This document shows positions 25,760-39,639 of a DNA stretch of 64,000 nt, piece by piece (the first letter of the stretch is position 1; each line of letters opens with the position of its first letter). Made by a program: the position numbers and the translations under genes. The DNA comes from Selaginella moellendorffii. Taxonomy: Eukaryota; Plantae; Lycopodiophyta. The stretch lies in the NCBI RefSeq assembly GCF_000143415.4, contig NW_003314325.1:553419-617418 (forward strand). The letters run 5' to 3'. The notes below the pieces were generated by a model. The model was not told the origin of the DNA. It worked only from the letters and a program-made list of their open reading frames with translations, and ran no database searches.

Positions 25760-27439
25760 ATGGCGCCGAATGCTCGACCGAGCAAGGGATTTCTCTATGG
25801 ATCTGTGTTGAGGGCGGGGTTGTCCGCCATGGAGGCCAATCTCGTGCCCGACTTTGTGCTGCGCAGGGCGACGAGAATGCTGCTCGCGTCGCGCTTGCGG
25901 GAATTGCGACGGCATAGCGTAGAGGAGGAGTTAAACGAGCTCATGAAATTCGCCAAGTGTACGTAACTTTTTTTTTTTCTTTGTTTATTTTTTCGAAGTT
26001 TCAGTGCTAGCTCGGTGGTTTCTTCGCATTTTTTTTCTTTCTTGAGCTTCTAGGAGTTCTGAAAGTTTTTTTTTTTTGCAGCTCTCAAACAGATGCCAAT
26101 CGCCATCCATACCGACGCTGCGAATTCTCAGCACTATCAAGTTCCCACCGAGTTTTACAAGCTAGTGCTTGGAAAGCACCTCAAATACAGGTTGAGATTT
26201 TTGTCTTTGTTTTTTCTTTCTTCCTTGTTCTTTTCAGTCATGACAAGTTTTCTTTCGGTTTTAGCTGCGCGTACTTTTGCAAAGATTCGTACACGCTCGA
26301 TCAAGCTGAGGAGGCCATGTTGGAGCTTTACTGTGAAAGAGCACAACTTAAGGACGGGCAAGTGGTGTTGGACCTTGGATGTGGATGGGGATCGCTATCC
26401 TTGTACATAGCTGAAAAATATCCTGCCAGTCGAATCACCGGCGTTTCGAATTCTGCGACACAGAGAGAGTTCATTGAAGGAGAATGCAGGTAAGTGAAAG
26501 CAAACCTTGTGACTTTTGTATAACTCTCCCTTATCTCAAAACAGCAAGCGAGGACTGTCCAACGTGAAGGTTATCGTTTCGGATATAAACGACTTCCAGG
26601 CGCCAGAGAAATTCGACCGGATCCTCTCGATAGAAATGTTTGAGGTCTGACACTTTAACTCCTTATGCTACTTTTCTCTGACGTTTCTCCTCTGTCTGTA
26701 TGGATCAGCACATGAAGAATTATCAAAAGCTTCTCAAAAACATCGCATCATGGATGAAGCCAGATTGTCTTCTCTTCGTTCACATTTTTTGCCACAAGAA
26801 CCACGCTTACCATTTCGAGGTAGAAACACTGTTTTGTTTTGGAGGTGAATTATTTCTAACGTCATTCAAATGAAGGACACTGGAGACGACGACTGGATGG
26901 CAAGATCCTTCTTCACAGGTGGAACCATGCCCGCAGATCCATTGCTCCTTTACTTTCAGGTAAAACAAAAGCAAAAGCTCTCGTATTTGCAAAAACAGTC
27001 TCCAAAACTCATTTCTTTTGTCTTCCATGTTTTGCTACTCCAGGAGGATGTCTCGATTCTACATCATTGGCGCCTCAGCGGAACTCATTATGCTCGAACC
27101 AGGCACGGTTTTCTCGCTCTCCTTTCCTTTTGCTTTTCCTCTCCTGCGTGTTTTATGTTCTCATAGCTACCTCCAAGGAAGCTACTAACTTCGAGCTCTC
27201 ACTCATTCCAATGCAGTGAGGCCTGGCTAAAGCGAATGGACCAGAACCTGAGCTCGATTCGTCCCATCTTTGCTAAAGCCTATGGCGAAAGCGACGCCAG
27301 CACTAAGTGGCTCGCCTTCTGGAGAACATTCTTCATAGCAGTAGCGGAGCTGTTTGCCTTCGACAATGGCCAACAATGGATCGTCTCGCACTACCTTTAC
27401 AAGCTCAAGGCCAGCGACATGGACGCCAATGCTACATGA
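25760..27439 (+). CDS. (S)-coclaurine N-methyltransferase-like / CFA-synthase-family SAM methyltransferase, multi-exon
   Basis: MPIAIHTDAANSQHYQVP, LGKHLKYS, VLDLGCGWGSLSLY, SIEMFEHMKNY, FFTGGTMP, WRTFFIAVAELF across GT-AG-bounded exons. Confidence 0.92.
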
Positions 27440-28207
27440 TATCAAAGAATCACGGCAATCAGGTGCGTACCACTGCTGATCATACTAGTTTTTCTTTTTT
27501 CCTTTATTTTTTTGCGTAGATTCTCCCAAGGTGCAGGCACCAATATCTCTCTTTTTCGTGGTTTCTTTAGTTCGTCCATCGCTCAGGCTGGCTACAAGGT
27601 CCCTTTAAATTTTCTTCCATTCGGTCAGGTATCAACTCTAAAGGCAACGACCGGCTCTTTGTTTACCACTATACTAAATCTTTTTCTATTCGTTTCGTCG
27701 CAGGAGTTACGACATTGTGATGTCATTCGCGATCCAACGGTGCCCGCCCAAATAGAAAACAACAGGCAAAACATAAGCTTCCACAGCCCAAATAGAAAAC
27801 AACAAACAAAAACGTAAGCTTCCACACACGCCCGCACTGTGCATGTGAAGCTCATGGTTTTAATAAACTAATCACCACTCCATCATTGAAGGAACCATGG
27901 TCTGATATAATGGAAGGGACAATGAATACCCTTTGGGTTCTATAGTCGAATATCCAAAGATCTTCGAATTCTTCATGTTTTCTAGAACTTGGCTGTACAG
28001 AGAAACCGAGCCTGGAGATCTTCCGTACGGACGCGAGATCTTCCAGTTTTTCTTTCCTTGTTTTTCCTTTTCCGCCAGCATCATGAAACATGAATTACGG
28101 GGAAAAGGAAATCGCGCCAAGGAACGAAAGAAGTTTTCTTCCAAGAGTTTTTTTTTTTCCTCTGCTTTTCACCTGGCCGTGATGGAAGAGGTGGCGGCGA
28201 AGAAGAT

Positions 28208-30286
28208 TTACCTCGCGATTCCGATTCCTCCTCCTCGTCCTCCTACCAATCCCCAGCACTCCGAAAGCTCTCCAGACGACTGCCGATCAATCAGCAGGCC
28301 CTCATCATCTTCCAGAAGAGCATCAACCTGGAACAAAATCCGCCATACCCAAGTTTCAGTCCAACACGGAAGGAAGGCGAGGAAGCCCGTTCCTAGGAAT
28401 AAAGTTTCCAAAAGCGGGGAACAAAGATAAAACAAAAAGAAGAAAACATGAACACTTGGATTCTCTCCCTCTCAGAGCTGGGAGCTTTAGAACTTTAGAG
28501 AGGAAGAAAAAGAGAAGAAAAAGAGAGCTTGGAATGGAATTGGAATTGCTTACCTCATCTTCATATTCGCCGCCAGCTCTCATCTTACTTGTCCTGGCTG
28601 AGCCCGATGCCCCCGACGACGCGACGGATGAATCAACCACGTCTTCGTTTTTGGCAAACCGGCCGCGGACACGAGGGCGGCTGTCCGCAAGCGTCTTTCG
28701 GCACGCATACTGCCACAGTGAAGACAAACCACGTATTAAATATCGAGGCCCGGCAGCACGAAAGCGAGCGAATTATGCGTGAATGGAAACTCCACTGACC
28801 TTGATTTTCTTGTTAAAGTTCCGCTCGGATCGCTTCTGGCGGTATCTGTGAATCCGCTCCTTGCGCTCGGCGAGACTGTATCGTCCAATTTTAAAACCGC
28901 ATTCGTCCTGGCCTTCAGATTGCAAGGAGGTGTTCATTCTCTGATGCAGGAGGAAGCAGTCGCATTAGCTACCTTAGCCTATTTTAACTCGGCAAAGTAA
29001 GGACAGACGACGAAAGAAAACGAAAGAGCATACGGAAAGACGATGCAATATTATATGTCCACATAATCAGCAGAGAATCAGGCCGATAAAGACACCCATC
29101 AGACGAAAAAGAATGCGAAATGCAGCATCACAGTGCAAGGACTGTTTGAAAAAACTTTTCTAGATTGGCCTGCTAAGTTAAAATCACTCGAAAGCTGCAG
29201 CGAGCAAACAGAAAAACAAGCAACAAAAGAAGAAAAAAGAAAAACGAGAAACAAAAGCCCAAGAGACTGGTAATGAAAATTTCGTACCTGGATGTCACCG
29301 GTGCTGCAAACTCTCCTCATGCTGTTACTGCAAGGCGAGAAGCAGCCGGAGCTGGGGCTCCTCCTCATCACATCGATGTCAATTCCATCCCCTTCCTTGA
29401 CTTCGAGGAGCTGCGAAAGAGATGGAACAATGGAGCCCGAGCAAGCGTGGAGGCCTTGCATGGTCGAATCCAAAGCGGAAGTTCCATTAGTCGCTGCGCC
29501 TGGCGTCGCTGAGGAAATCTAGAACAAAGGAGAAAGAAAAAGTCTCGTGAGCAAAGGAAAGCTATATCGTGAAAGATTTTACGCTGGGAAGTTGTCCAAG
29601 AGCGTGGCTGCTATAGCTCCTTTGCATCACATAAGGCCGCCTGGAAACGTCGCCGCCATGGCCGCCAATTCCCCCATAGACGAGAGAGCCCCCCAATGGC
29701 GAGTCGTAGAGGCCGGCTTTGCCACTTCCACTGTTCCTGAGGATGCCATCCTTGGAATCCACCACCACCACCGGAGGCAATTCCTTGCCAATCTGATGCT
29801 GCTTCTTGGGCGAGGCCAGCGGCGACGAGGAGATCCTCTTGTTGGAGAGCGGCGTCGCCGCAATCAGCTGGTCCAGCGAGAGCGAATTGAGCTCCTCGGA
29901 GACGGCAGAGAAGGAAGGCTTCCGGGTGGGCGATGAGGAGGAGATTGCCTGCTTACTCTCGTCTTGGATGTGGGCGCCATTGTAATGCTGTGGCAACGCG
30001 CCCAGGATGTCGGTGCCTTGGAAATTTGTGCCCGCAATGCCGTCAAGATCGTTGTCGAGATCGTTCTCCTGCGAGCAAGCCGGCACAGAGATCGTCAAGA
30101 ACGGGGAGGAAGAAAGAGGGCATGCATGCACGAAGAAGCCTAGACTAAAAATCCGAAAGGATTTCCTACCAGGAAGACGAGATCGTCCAATTCGATCATG
30201 GAGTGATTGTTGTCTAAAAATGTGAGCGGCTCCAGCGCGTACTGGCTGCTTAGCATCGACAATTCGCTTTCGGTCATTGCAGCCAT
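28208..30286 (-). CDS. CCT-motif family protein (CMF), multi-exon
   Basis: RYRQKRSERNFNKKIK|YACRKTLADSRPRVRGRFAKN CCT domain, plus MQRSYSSH and MRRVCSTGD motifs. ATG at 30286; 3' end approximate. Confidence 0.85.
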
Positions 30287-31123
30287 GGCGCTCAATGGAA
30301 AGAACTAACAAAGAGGAGAAGGAAAAGATTCAAGGAAGGATTCTAGAGAGGAGAAAGAAAGAAGAGGCCAGAGAAAGCTTTTCAGCGATTGAATCGATTC
30401 AACAAAGACGAGCTCTTGGCGAGAATTTGCTATCCCGCTGCTCCATTCTCGTCGAATTCCGGATTCTAGCTAGGGCTGAGTGATCCATGCACAAGACCGC
30501 GCCGGCAATCCACGAAATCTGGAGCACGTCGAGAATTCCAGCGCCTAGAGGAAGGATTCGTGGAATGCAGGCGATTGGAATTCACGAAGAACCCTAAGAG
30601 CAAGAGCGCTGGCACATTGAGAGAGATATATTGTCGCTGGCTATATTGTAGGAGAGCTGGCTGTATTTGGCTAGAGGAGGTTTTGGAGGGAGTTTTAGCG
30701 GAAAGTTGCCACGTGTGCGGCTGGCCAATCTGGCGGACAGCTTGGCAAGGCTAGGTTCTCTATCTCTCTCATGCATTTGGCCAGATTACAAGGACTCTTC
30801 GTATTCTAGGGCTCTTGGGGATTTCGAAGAGCTCTATAGTGGAGGACGATCGCGCTACCGAGCTAGAGTTTGCCGAGCTAGCCGAGGTAAGAGAGCTCTA
30901 AGATCTCCTTTGCTAGAGCAATTCCCTACACAAGTTTTTCTCTGAGAAATTGCTTGGATGACAATGAAGGATGCGCGGCTTGGATCTCTAGTGGCCGCAT
31001 TTTCACGAATGAGAGGTAAATCGCTATATAATCTTCCCCTGCTGATAGATTTCTCTTGCAGGGCGTGAGTTTCTTTTGAGCAGGAACTTCGAAGGAATAC
31101 AAAAGAAGGAAAATTCTTTGCGA

Positions 31124-33125
31124 TCAACAGAGAAGCCGCCTAGTTCTCCTGGAAGACATGTCCGACCTCATCCTCTTGCAAAGCTTCTCCAGCTCCGACA
31201 CCTTGGCCTGCATCTTGTTGATATCCGACTTGAGCTCTTCGTTTTGGCGAATGATCAGTCCAAACTCGGGCGATGGCTGATCGACAGCGCTAGGAGCGGC
31301 GGAAGGATGATTCACCGCAGGTACTGGTGCTTCTTTGTATCTCGAGCTGTCACTCACTCTCAGTCCTTCCTTGAAGAAGCAGTGATCGATGGTGTCTCTG
31401 AGCTTGGCTTGCTGGAGAAGAAGAATCTGGAGTGCCAATCGTGCTGGGAACCGTGGGTTTTGCGCAGCATGCTTGCATCCCTCGAACGACAGCTTCTGGT
31501 AATTCACCACCTTGCAAAGTTCCATGGTTTCGGACTCCGAGACTGCTGGATGTGCCTGCTCCATGCGACAAACGTTCCATGGTGAGCGAGCTTTTAGTTG
31601 CAAAGTTTCTTCTTCTAACGTGAGTTTGCAACAGGAAAGAAGAACACTTACCTGCAGATACAAATCCAAAGCTCGGTAGAGCCCGTCGTGCATGAGCCTG
31701 GCCGAGTCCGGCAGTGCTTTGGCCACTGACTTAAACTTGAAAGGCTTAAGCTGTGGATCCGCTGCGATCTCCACCAGGTATTTATCAATCAGATCCGCAA
31801 CTTTTGTCAGCGAGTGCTCGAACTTTGTCAGGGCCCTACGGAAGGACGATCCTGACGGTGGCTGAGAAGCCATGATAGGACCGTTGATTGGAGTTGGGAA
31901 AGTCATCTCCGAGAAGATGTCTTGATCGCTCAGGAACCTGTCAATCAGCCTCAGGACGAGATCAACGTCGTAGAGAGAGCCACTTCCAGTCGGCCGCAGT
32001 GGAATGACGATGTCGTCCAGGGAAGCTTTGTCCAGCTGGTGGCCGATCATCTTCTCCAGCTGCTTCCGGCACGAACGTCCCGAGTTGAGAGCCGAAGTAA
32101 CTCGTAGCAATCCAAACAGAGAAGAGCAGGGAGCCGAGCCGTGATCTAAGTGTCCCAGCAGTGCGATGACCGTCTCCAGAAGCTCACGCTGGACCTTTTG
32201 CGTGTACTTCTGGAGGATGTGCTCGTCCCTGGTGGTGGAAGCGGTCGACCTCTGGTGGTGGGAATGGTAGCCGAGCGTTGGGAGCGCGGTCTGGACGTAG
32301 TGAACCAAGAACCTGGCCAGGATCCGGTTGTCCATGTTGTTGGAGATCATCGCCTTGACAATTCTCTCCATGAGATACATGGAGAGCGAGCAGACGTCGT
32401 CGAACCACCAAGTTCTCGAGAGGCGTTTGTTGTTGGCGCTGCTGCTCTGGTTTGAAGATGAATCCGGAGAGGTGGAGCTCGTCGGACTCTGGCAAGTGGA
32501 GCTGATGGTGGAGGCTTTCCAGGCCAGGGACTCGACGCACCTGTGGACGATGTGCGTCTTCTCCGCGTAAGGCAGCACGGGCTCGCAGCTCCGGAGGATG
32601 AGCAGCACCTCGTTCCAGCTCCAGAACACCAAATTCTGTAAGAAGTTCTCGGTTTCTTTGATCAGATTCCTGGGACTAAACTCCTCTGTCATTTCCATGT
32701 ACTCGGCGATGCAGCGGAGGAGAGAGACGTTGGCGGCCGTAATGTGGAAGCCTCCGCCGCGTGGAGATCCGCTCGAGTGCCAGTAGCAAAACCGAGCTGC
32801 GAGCTCGAAAGCCTGCGGGCCTCCTGGAAGATCGTGAAAGGCAACACGCAAGGCATTGACGCGACAAGCTGTGAGAATCGTTGTTCCTCGGATGATCTTG
32901 GCGAGGCGTCCACATCTATTGACCAGAGGATCCTAGAGCAAAGAGAGATCAAAGTAAGTCAAAGTTTTCTATCGCTCGTTTGTTCACGCTAGGTGTTGGA
33001 TGGATTCTATCTAACTGGTGTCTACTCACTTGTGCCAGGACGAAAGTGTGCTCTCCGTTCACTTCGACCTCCAGGAGCCTGTGCATTGGATCTTCGAGGA
33101 AGAGCTCCTGCTGCTTGTTCTTCAT
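31124..33125 (-). CDS. BTB/POZ-NPH3 family (NRL) protein
   Basis: LEVEVNGEHTF, DLPGGPQAFELAARFCY, WWFDD, LYDVDLV.R, HDGLYRALDLYLQ|AHP, KLSFEGCKHAAQNPRFP, C-terminal coiled coil; two introns. Confidence 0.92.
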
Positions 33126-33359
33126 CGTCCCCGCGTCGCCCTCTACCTCGATCGATCCATCCCAGCTCGCTGCCGTTGTTGCTAGCTTCTTAAATCTCCA
33201 GCGAGTTCCCGGAGGGAATCAAGGGGAGGGACGAGAAAACGGTGGAGCAAATCGTGTTGCGTAAAATCGATCTCCTTTGGGAAGTTTCAAACACTAGTGG
33301 GTGGGAAAAAATTTATTAAACCGAACTTAACAAAAGGTTACGTTAAGCCAGAAACTATT

Positions 33360-33431
33360 TGCTCTCAGTGAGGATCGAACTCACGACCTTTCGCTTACGA
33401 AGCGAACGCACTACCACTATGCTATGAAAGC
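33360..33431 (-). tRNA. tRNA-Thr(CGU)
   Basis: Minus strand GCTTTCATAGCATAGTGGTAGTGCGTTCGCTTCGTAAGCGAAAGGTCGTGAGTTCGATCCTCACTGAGAGCA folds into a cloverleaf with anticodon CGT; T6 run about 50 nt downstream. Confidence 0.95.
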
Positions 33432-33512
33432 ATGACAATGCGTCCTTGATATGCCAGCTAATCGAATGCTAAACCAGCTATTTGTCATCGATTTTGGGGA
33501 AGAGCTTAGCCC

Positions 33513-35056
33513 ATGGCGATGGCGATCTCTCGATGCTGCTGCTCGTACAAGCGGGCGACGGTGATCGTTTGCATCTTCAATGTGGCCGCCGCGTTCTATG
33601 TCCTGGATGTGCTCCTCAGCTCCTCGTCAAGGTCTTCGTCCGGGATTCCATGGCGAAGGCGCCACGGTAAGCTCTCGGATCGTTGCTCTAGCCCCTACAT
33701 TCTCGACTTGTCGCCCGATTCTGGCGCCTGGACCGCATAATCCTGGGTCTGGGACGATATTTCGCATTCCTGGAGCGATTTTTGCCCGAATTCCTCGCGT
33801 GATTTCGTGCCTGTCGATGCTTGATCCGTGAACCGAGAGTTTCGATTCTTTTTTTCTTTTGTTCCTCTCTTTCTTACGCGATCGCTTGTCGGCGTGGCAG
33901 TCCTGGGCTTCTCCGCGCAGGAGGCTCTTCGAATTCAAGAGGCGCACGAGATTCGCCGAAAGGTTGAGCCTCACGAGCTTATTGACAGGGTAATGTATGA
34001 GAACGACCGGTTGCTTTCCTTTCTTCCTTTCTTCGCTACCCAGATTTTAATTCCGGTCTCTCTTTATCTTTGTAAAGGTGAAAGAGATCCAGCTTGAGTC
34101 GGATCAAGAGAGCAGCGGTCCCGGCGCTATCAGAAGGAAAGCCGCCATGGACATCGTCCAAAGATTGCGAGATATACAATCAACAAACAATCAAACTGCC
34201 AGTCAAGGTGTGAAGCTCGACAAAAATAAAATAAGAAACTATGCTAGACAACTCAATCTGGATTTGGCAGCTCTAAGTGAATGGCGGCGCAAGAGACTCG
34301 AAGCGGCTCGTGCGCGAGAGGCCAAGCAGTCTGCTGGGACTAATGCTACAAGTGACATGAATCAGGAGTTGGCACAAGGTAGGCACGAATTTCTAACTTC
34401 GTGTTCTCTCATTTTCTTTTCAATTTTAGAAGAGGTGTCCAAGCTGGTGGAGCTGGGTTGGCTACACACTCACACCGAACCCCCGAGTTTACCAGTGTCC
34501 GACAGTGACACCGGCGAAATCCTTCCAACAGTCACTGGAGCCGAAGTTGGTAAGAGCAAAAACCGCAAAGCGAAGCGCCGTAGATCTCACGTTTTCTCCT
34601 CGGTTTTTTTTTGCAGAGGACGGGATCATCCCTGGAAGGATTGTTCCCCCCGAGTGTCACGCCGAGGCACACACGGATTACGATGGTGTTGCTGTCCGGT
34701 GGGGACTGACGCATCATACGGAGAGCGCCGCCGATTGCTGTCAAGCGTGTTTCAACCAGGCCAAAGCCGCAAAGCCGGGCGAGAGGAAGTGCAACATTTG
34801 GGTGTTTTGCGCTGCCGAGAACGGCTGCTACTCGCCTGATATCTATGAGCACAAACACCAGGAATGCTGGCTCAAACAGGTATCAGCTTTTCTTTTCTTT
34901 TCTTTTTTTTCTTTCAATCGATCGCTCAAACGATTATCTTGACAGGCTGATGAACCAAAGCTAAACTTCAAGGGCCACTACCACGAAGAGTACAGGCAAA
35001 CTCATCAAAACGCCCCGGTCGTAGTTCCCTGGGTCTCTGGAGTTATTCGCGAATGA
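33513..35056 (+). CDS. Conserved plant protein with N-terminal membrane anchor and Cys-rich PAN/apple-like C-terminal domain, multi-exon
   Basis: SYKRATVIVCIFNVAAAFYVL; ECHAEAHTDYDGVAVRWGLTHHTESAADCCQAC...KCNIWVFC...HQECWLKQ; ends VVVPWVSGVIRE*. Confidence 0.8.
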
Positions 35057-35290
35057 CCTCCAGGTTCTTTTATACTTTTTCTTTTTTCTATACGATCCAG
35101 TGTACAGATTTTGGTAATTCTTCGTAGTACTATTCTTTAGTACTATTCTTTAGGACAATGTAGTCATTCCAATTTGGAAAGCTCGCAAAGCTTAATGTTT
35201 TTTTTCTTGTTTTTGCAAGATATACGCAAGCACCACTTACAAATGGCTGATGATTTACTGTACATTGTGTGAGAGCCTCGCTTCTTCGAC

Positions 35291-37047
35291 TTAGCTGGCA
35301 CACGAGATCGCATCAGTCGGCTTGATCCTCGAGAACAACGCTGGCTCTGGCCCCAAGTCACGCACCGAAGAGGTCGCCTCCTCCACGGCCTTTTGGAGCT
35401 CAAACTTTCTTGAGCTTAGCTGCTGGCACAGCGAGCAAATCGCCTTCTTCTCTTGGCTCGAGACGCTCGAGACGCTCGAGACGCTCCCGGAGAGCAAGCC
35501 CCGTGGAGCAGCGCCGCCCGAGCTCTCCTCTTGGATGGATATGACGTTCTTGCTCGGGTTCTCTGGCGAGCTCTCGGCTTTGGCTTTGCTATAAACTTTG
35601 CCCGTTTTCTTCTTTTCCATCTGCCTGGGCATCACGTCAAACAGCCACTTCCCTCCGTTCCAGACGGCCACCGCGGCCTTGAAGAGCTCGAAGAGTACGT
35701 GCAAGCGGTACGACTTGAACATCGGTACCGTGAGCGCCATGGTTGCCACCGTGAACGCCGCTTGGATCGCCGCGTACATGACAACCCGGTTGCGTTCTCC
35801 CAGCAATCCACTGAGCCACCACCATATGTTGTTTGCTCTCGCGGCCTTTCGAGATAGCTCCCTGTCAAGATCATCTATATAACTTGAAAGAGATTGAAAG
35901 CTTGTGAAGTACCTGAAAGATGTCATGACTTCTGGATCTCTGAGCAGCCTTTGCTTGCGCAGAACGTTGACGATGAGGAGGTAGAGTGCTTGCCAGACGC
36001 TGTACGCGATGAGTGGGACGAAGAAGAGCCAAGTCCACAAGGCGCGGTCGTCGTGAACGAGTGGCCAAGCCGGCCAAGGCCCCGTTGCGTCCAAGGAATG
36101 GTGAGGATACGTAATTGGATCCCACCAGCGAATTATGAAGAACACGGTGCCTGCTCGTATAGTCGCAAGTTAGCTTGGTTCTGTGGAAAAAGAAGGAGAA
36201 CACTGTGAAACTTGCCGGGAAGCAAATGAATTAGAACGCTGATGATCTTGTCAATAGAGCTGAACACCAGGCTACACCTCCATACAATCAATGCCCAAGC
36301 TAGGGGCCCCTGAAAAGATCGATGCAATGAACCTTCTTTGAAAACGAGCATGAAGTGAGAGACCACTTACTTCAGAGAAAGAAAAGCAGACCATGAAGAG
36401 CTTCTCGTTGTTTGGAAAGACGAGAAGCATAGCCATGAAGATAACATTCGCGTAGTAGCAAAAGTCCTGCAAATCCATGAACGAAGTTTTGTAAACATGA
36501 TTTACTCGAGCACCAAGAAGATTTACTCTACCAGAAGATAGTAGTGCCACTTCCTCGTTCTGTAGTAAATCCATCTCAGTGGAGCGATCCCAAGGAAGAA
36601 CAAGCAGTACAGATAGGGAATCTCGTGCGGCCCTGATCCACCAATCATGCCAAAGAGTTATATACTAAACTTTTTCTCCCAAAGAATAGGAACACTCACT
36701 TGATCCCATCACGTAGCACACAGTGCCAAAGCAAAACACTCCAATACAGTAAGTCACCTAGAGGAATCAAACACGCAAACGCTTAAGTGTCGAAAATTTT
36801 ATTTCTTTCTATTTTCTTTTAAAGTAAAAAAAAAAGCCAAACACGCACCTTATTGAGGAGCTGCTCGTGTTCATCAGCCCTCCTGGAAATTATAGAGGCT
36901 CGCTCGGACAAGAATCGCGCAGCGACCTGCATTACACAAAGCCTCTTCACAATCCGCGCGATCGCAGCACCGTGAGAATGGAAAACCTACCTCGGATCGC
37001 CTCGCCGCAGCCAATTTGGGAGAGCCGGCGTCGTCGTCGGGCGCCAT
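35291..37047 (-). CDS. GPC1: Glycerophosphocholine acyltransferase 1 (DUF2838 family), multi-exon
   Basis: KWHYYLL|DFCYYAN, FSFSE|[48 protein letters not shown]. Confidence 0.88.
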
Positions 37048-37579
37048 TGCGCCGGCCGCGGCGATGAATCGAGAGCGCGCCAGCGAGCGAGCGGCGTTCT
37101 AGCTCCCAGCGAGGCGCTCAGGAGATTCTCGCAGCAGCGATGGCGCCCAAGATCCAAGAACAACAGCGCGAATGATGAAATCCAACGGCCACCAATCAAA
37201 CCTATGGTTGTCGTGTTGATACAGGGATGGCATATTCGCGAGATCTACCTGCGGATATCCCTGTTTTGTGCTCATATACCTTTTTACTTTAAATTTAAAA
37301 TTAAAGGACTCCTTTTGGCGGGGCCCTAGATATTTTGGCGGGAATGCTCTCTTTATACTTTAACCTTGTTTTTCATTTGATTAAGAGACATCGCGAAGAG
37401 TTTGCCGAGATTCTAGCACCAGACAACAGCGTTTTTATACATCTTCTCCAAGTCCTTTAGTTTAACACTTTGAAATTTAGCAGGTCTCTCCAACAATGAT
37501 GCGGCCATTGCTGAGGCTCATTCACACCCCCAAATTGAGATCAATCATAGTTATAAGGTGCTAGTTAACTTGACAATAT

Positions 37580-39526
37580 TTATGTTTTGATGCTTTGGAA
37601 CAGATGTTTGAAGCGTGCTAGCAAGGGCTCGTAGAGGTGACCACTCTTTTTTGCCACCAAGACCGGTAAGCACTTTCGTCTAAGTTCGAGAACCTCGTCA
37701 TCGCTCCCACTCTCCGCGGCCTTGCTCCACGGCAGCAAGTTCTCGTTAAGAATTTTCAGGCAGCAATACAGCAGGCTCTCCAGGTCGCTGATGATATCAT
37801 CTGCCCTCGTACCTATGAAGTACCAGTGGGAAGAAAACTCCCAGCTCGGAATCCCAGTCATCGCAGTCTTGACACCCAGAGAAGGCCATGCACTGTCAAC
37901 TGCTTCAACGAACTTTGAAAATGCCGTGCCGTATGCAAGCCCCCAGTCTATCAAGCTGTAGGTGCCATCCTTGCAGCAGATGTTCTGTAGAGAAACATCC
38001 CCGTGGTAGACACCCTTTTGAGCGCAGCATTGCAGCACTTCATAAAGCTGCTTGCTCATCTCGTAAACTTGTGGGGGAGTCATGGAGGAGGAGGACAGAA
38101 GTTTTTCCAGCGGCACCCCAGCATCCCTGACAAGCATCGCTGGCCTGTTTTGCAAGCCTTGAGCCTCCACTGTCACAGGACAAGCACCTGTGTCTCCGAG
38201 TTGAGCTCTGAAAAACATATCCCTCCGTTTGAAACCATCTCTCCCACGTCCATTCCGGCTCTAAGGTCGAGAGCCCCTCCGCCCGGCGTTGCACATCTGC
38301 CCCAACCTTGAGCCACCACACCCGGCTTCCACATGAAACTCTAAAAACCAGACTAGTCTCTGTGTATAGTGCAATTCCTGTGATGACAACCGTCACCTTC
38401 TGATCCATTCGGCTTTGCACCGGAATTTCCAAAAAGTGTTCGCCTATAGAGTAACCCTGCTGCCTTTCAGCTCGATCTTTATGCGAGAAAAAGGATCCCT
38501 GGAAACGCCAGTATTTGCCTGTCAAGCATTGCTCCTATCCATTGGACGCAGGGCAAGTCCATGTCGATAGTGAAAAGCTGGCCAGGAGAGTAGTTGCCGT
38601 TCGCCAATGGAAGCAAAGGTCCGTCTACTGTCTGAGGTAGATTCTCGTACTCGTGTGCTTGATACACACACTGCACCCTGAGTCCCGTCCCAACGAAACC
38701 ACACACCTCGCTCTTTCCATCAAGTCCGTGGTACTTGGTTCGCTCCAGATACAACGCGTTGCCTGTGACCACCAGCTGCCCGCGAGCCTCTTCCACTTTC
38801 AAAAGATATCCTGGCTCCTCAGTTTTCTGATCCACGACGTTCGATCTGGAAGTACCTATATGGAAGAAACCATCAAGCAACAGCCTCCCTACGCTTGCAG
38901 AATCCCGACTGACTTGTATGGGCACATTCCGTGCGCGTGCAATTGCCTCGGCATAGCTGACCAGAAAGTGGACCTGTCGCTTGTATGAGTCCTTTTTCAT
39001 GCTGCCCACCATCTCGTTGGTTACTCGCTGCTCCAATGCCCCGGCCGCTGTCAAATGTCTCACAAAAGCTTCCTTGTTCTCGGAAAAGAGACGAAAGAAA
39101 GGAAGACCCGGAATGCCCTGCATGCGGTCAAGTTCCTCGATGCGTTCCAGCTGCTTCCTGTCCACCCTCGTTGAGCTTACGCGGCCGAGGCTAGACTTGT
39201 TGTCCTCAGGCGGAAGCCAGATATAGAGATTCGATAGATCCAAAAGTTGCAACCCCAACTCCCGCTTCTTGCGTGCTAGTATTCGTTCGTTTCGAGCGAT
39301 TGTCTTTGTCTAGATCCTCCAGGAACTTTGGAACAGCTGGATCATCTAATGGATACACGTACCACCTGAAGAACAGCCATTTATCATCATCGGCTCTTGC
39401 AACAGTTTGTTGAGCAAGTTCCACGTCCTCAGTAGCAGTTTCGACGTTTCGCTCGATCTTGCGCTTCTCGCTCAGAGAGAATACCTATAGCTCATCCACT
39501 ACAACTTTCCAACTTATCAGCGCCAT
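37580..39526 (-). pseudogene. Frameshifted gene for a PD-(D/E)XK-like domain fused to an atypical (fungal-type-like) protein kinase; Crinkler-like
   Basis: Four overlapping ORFs joined by frameshifts. Kinase motifs HGDVSLQNI, LIDWGLA, SDLESLLY; upstream LDG...VVDQK...ARGQL...GFVGTG. In-frame TAG near the ATG at 39526. Confidence 0.65.
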
Positions 39527-39639
39527 CTAAATCTACCGGTACAACCCTAACCCAAAAGCGATTCCATTTAGGAAATTCGTACCAGCTTTTCGAAAGGGCG
39601 AAAATTCAATTTTGAGAAGACAAATGCTGCAATGGCATG

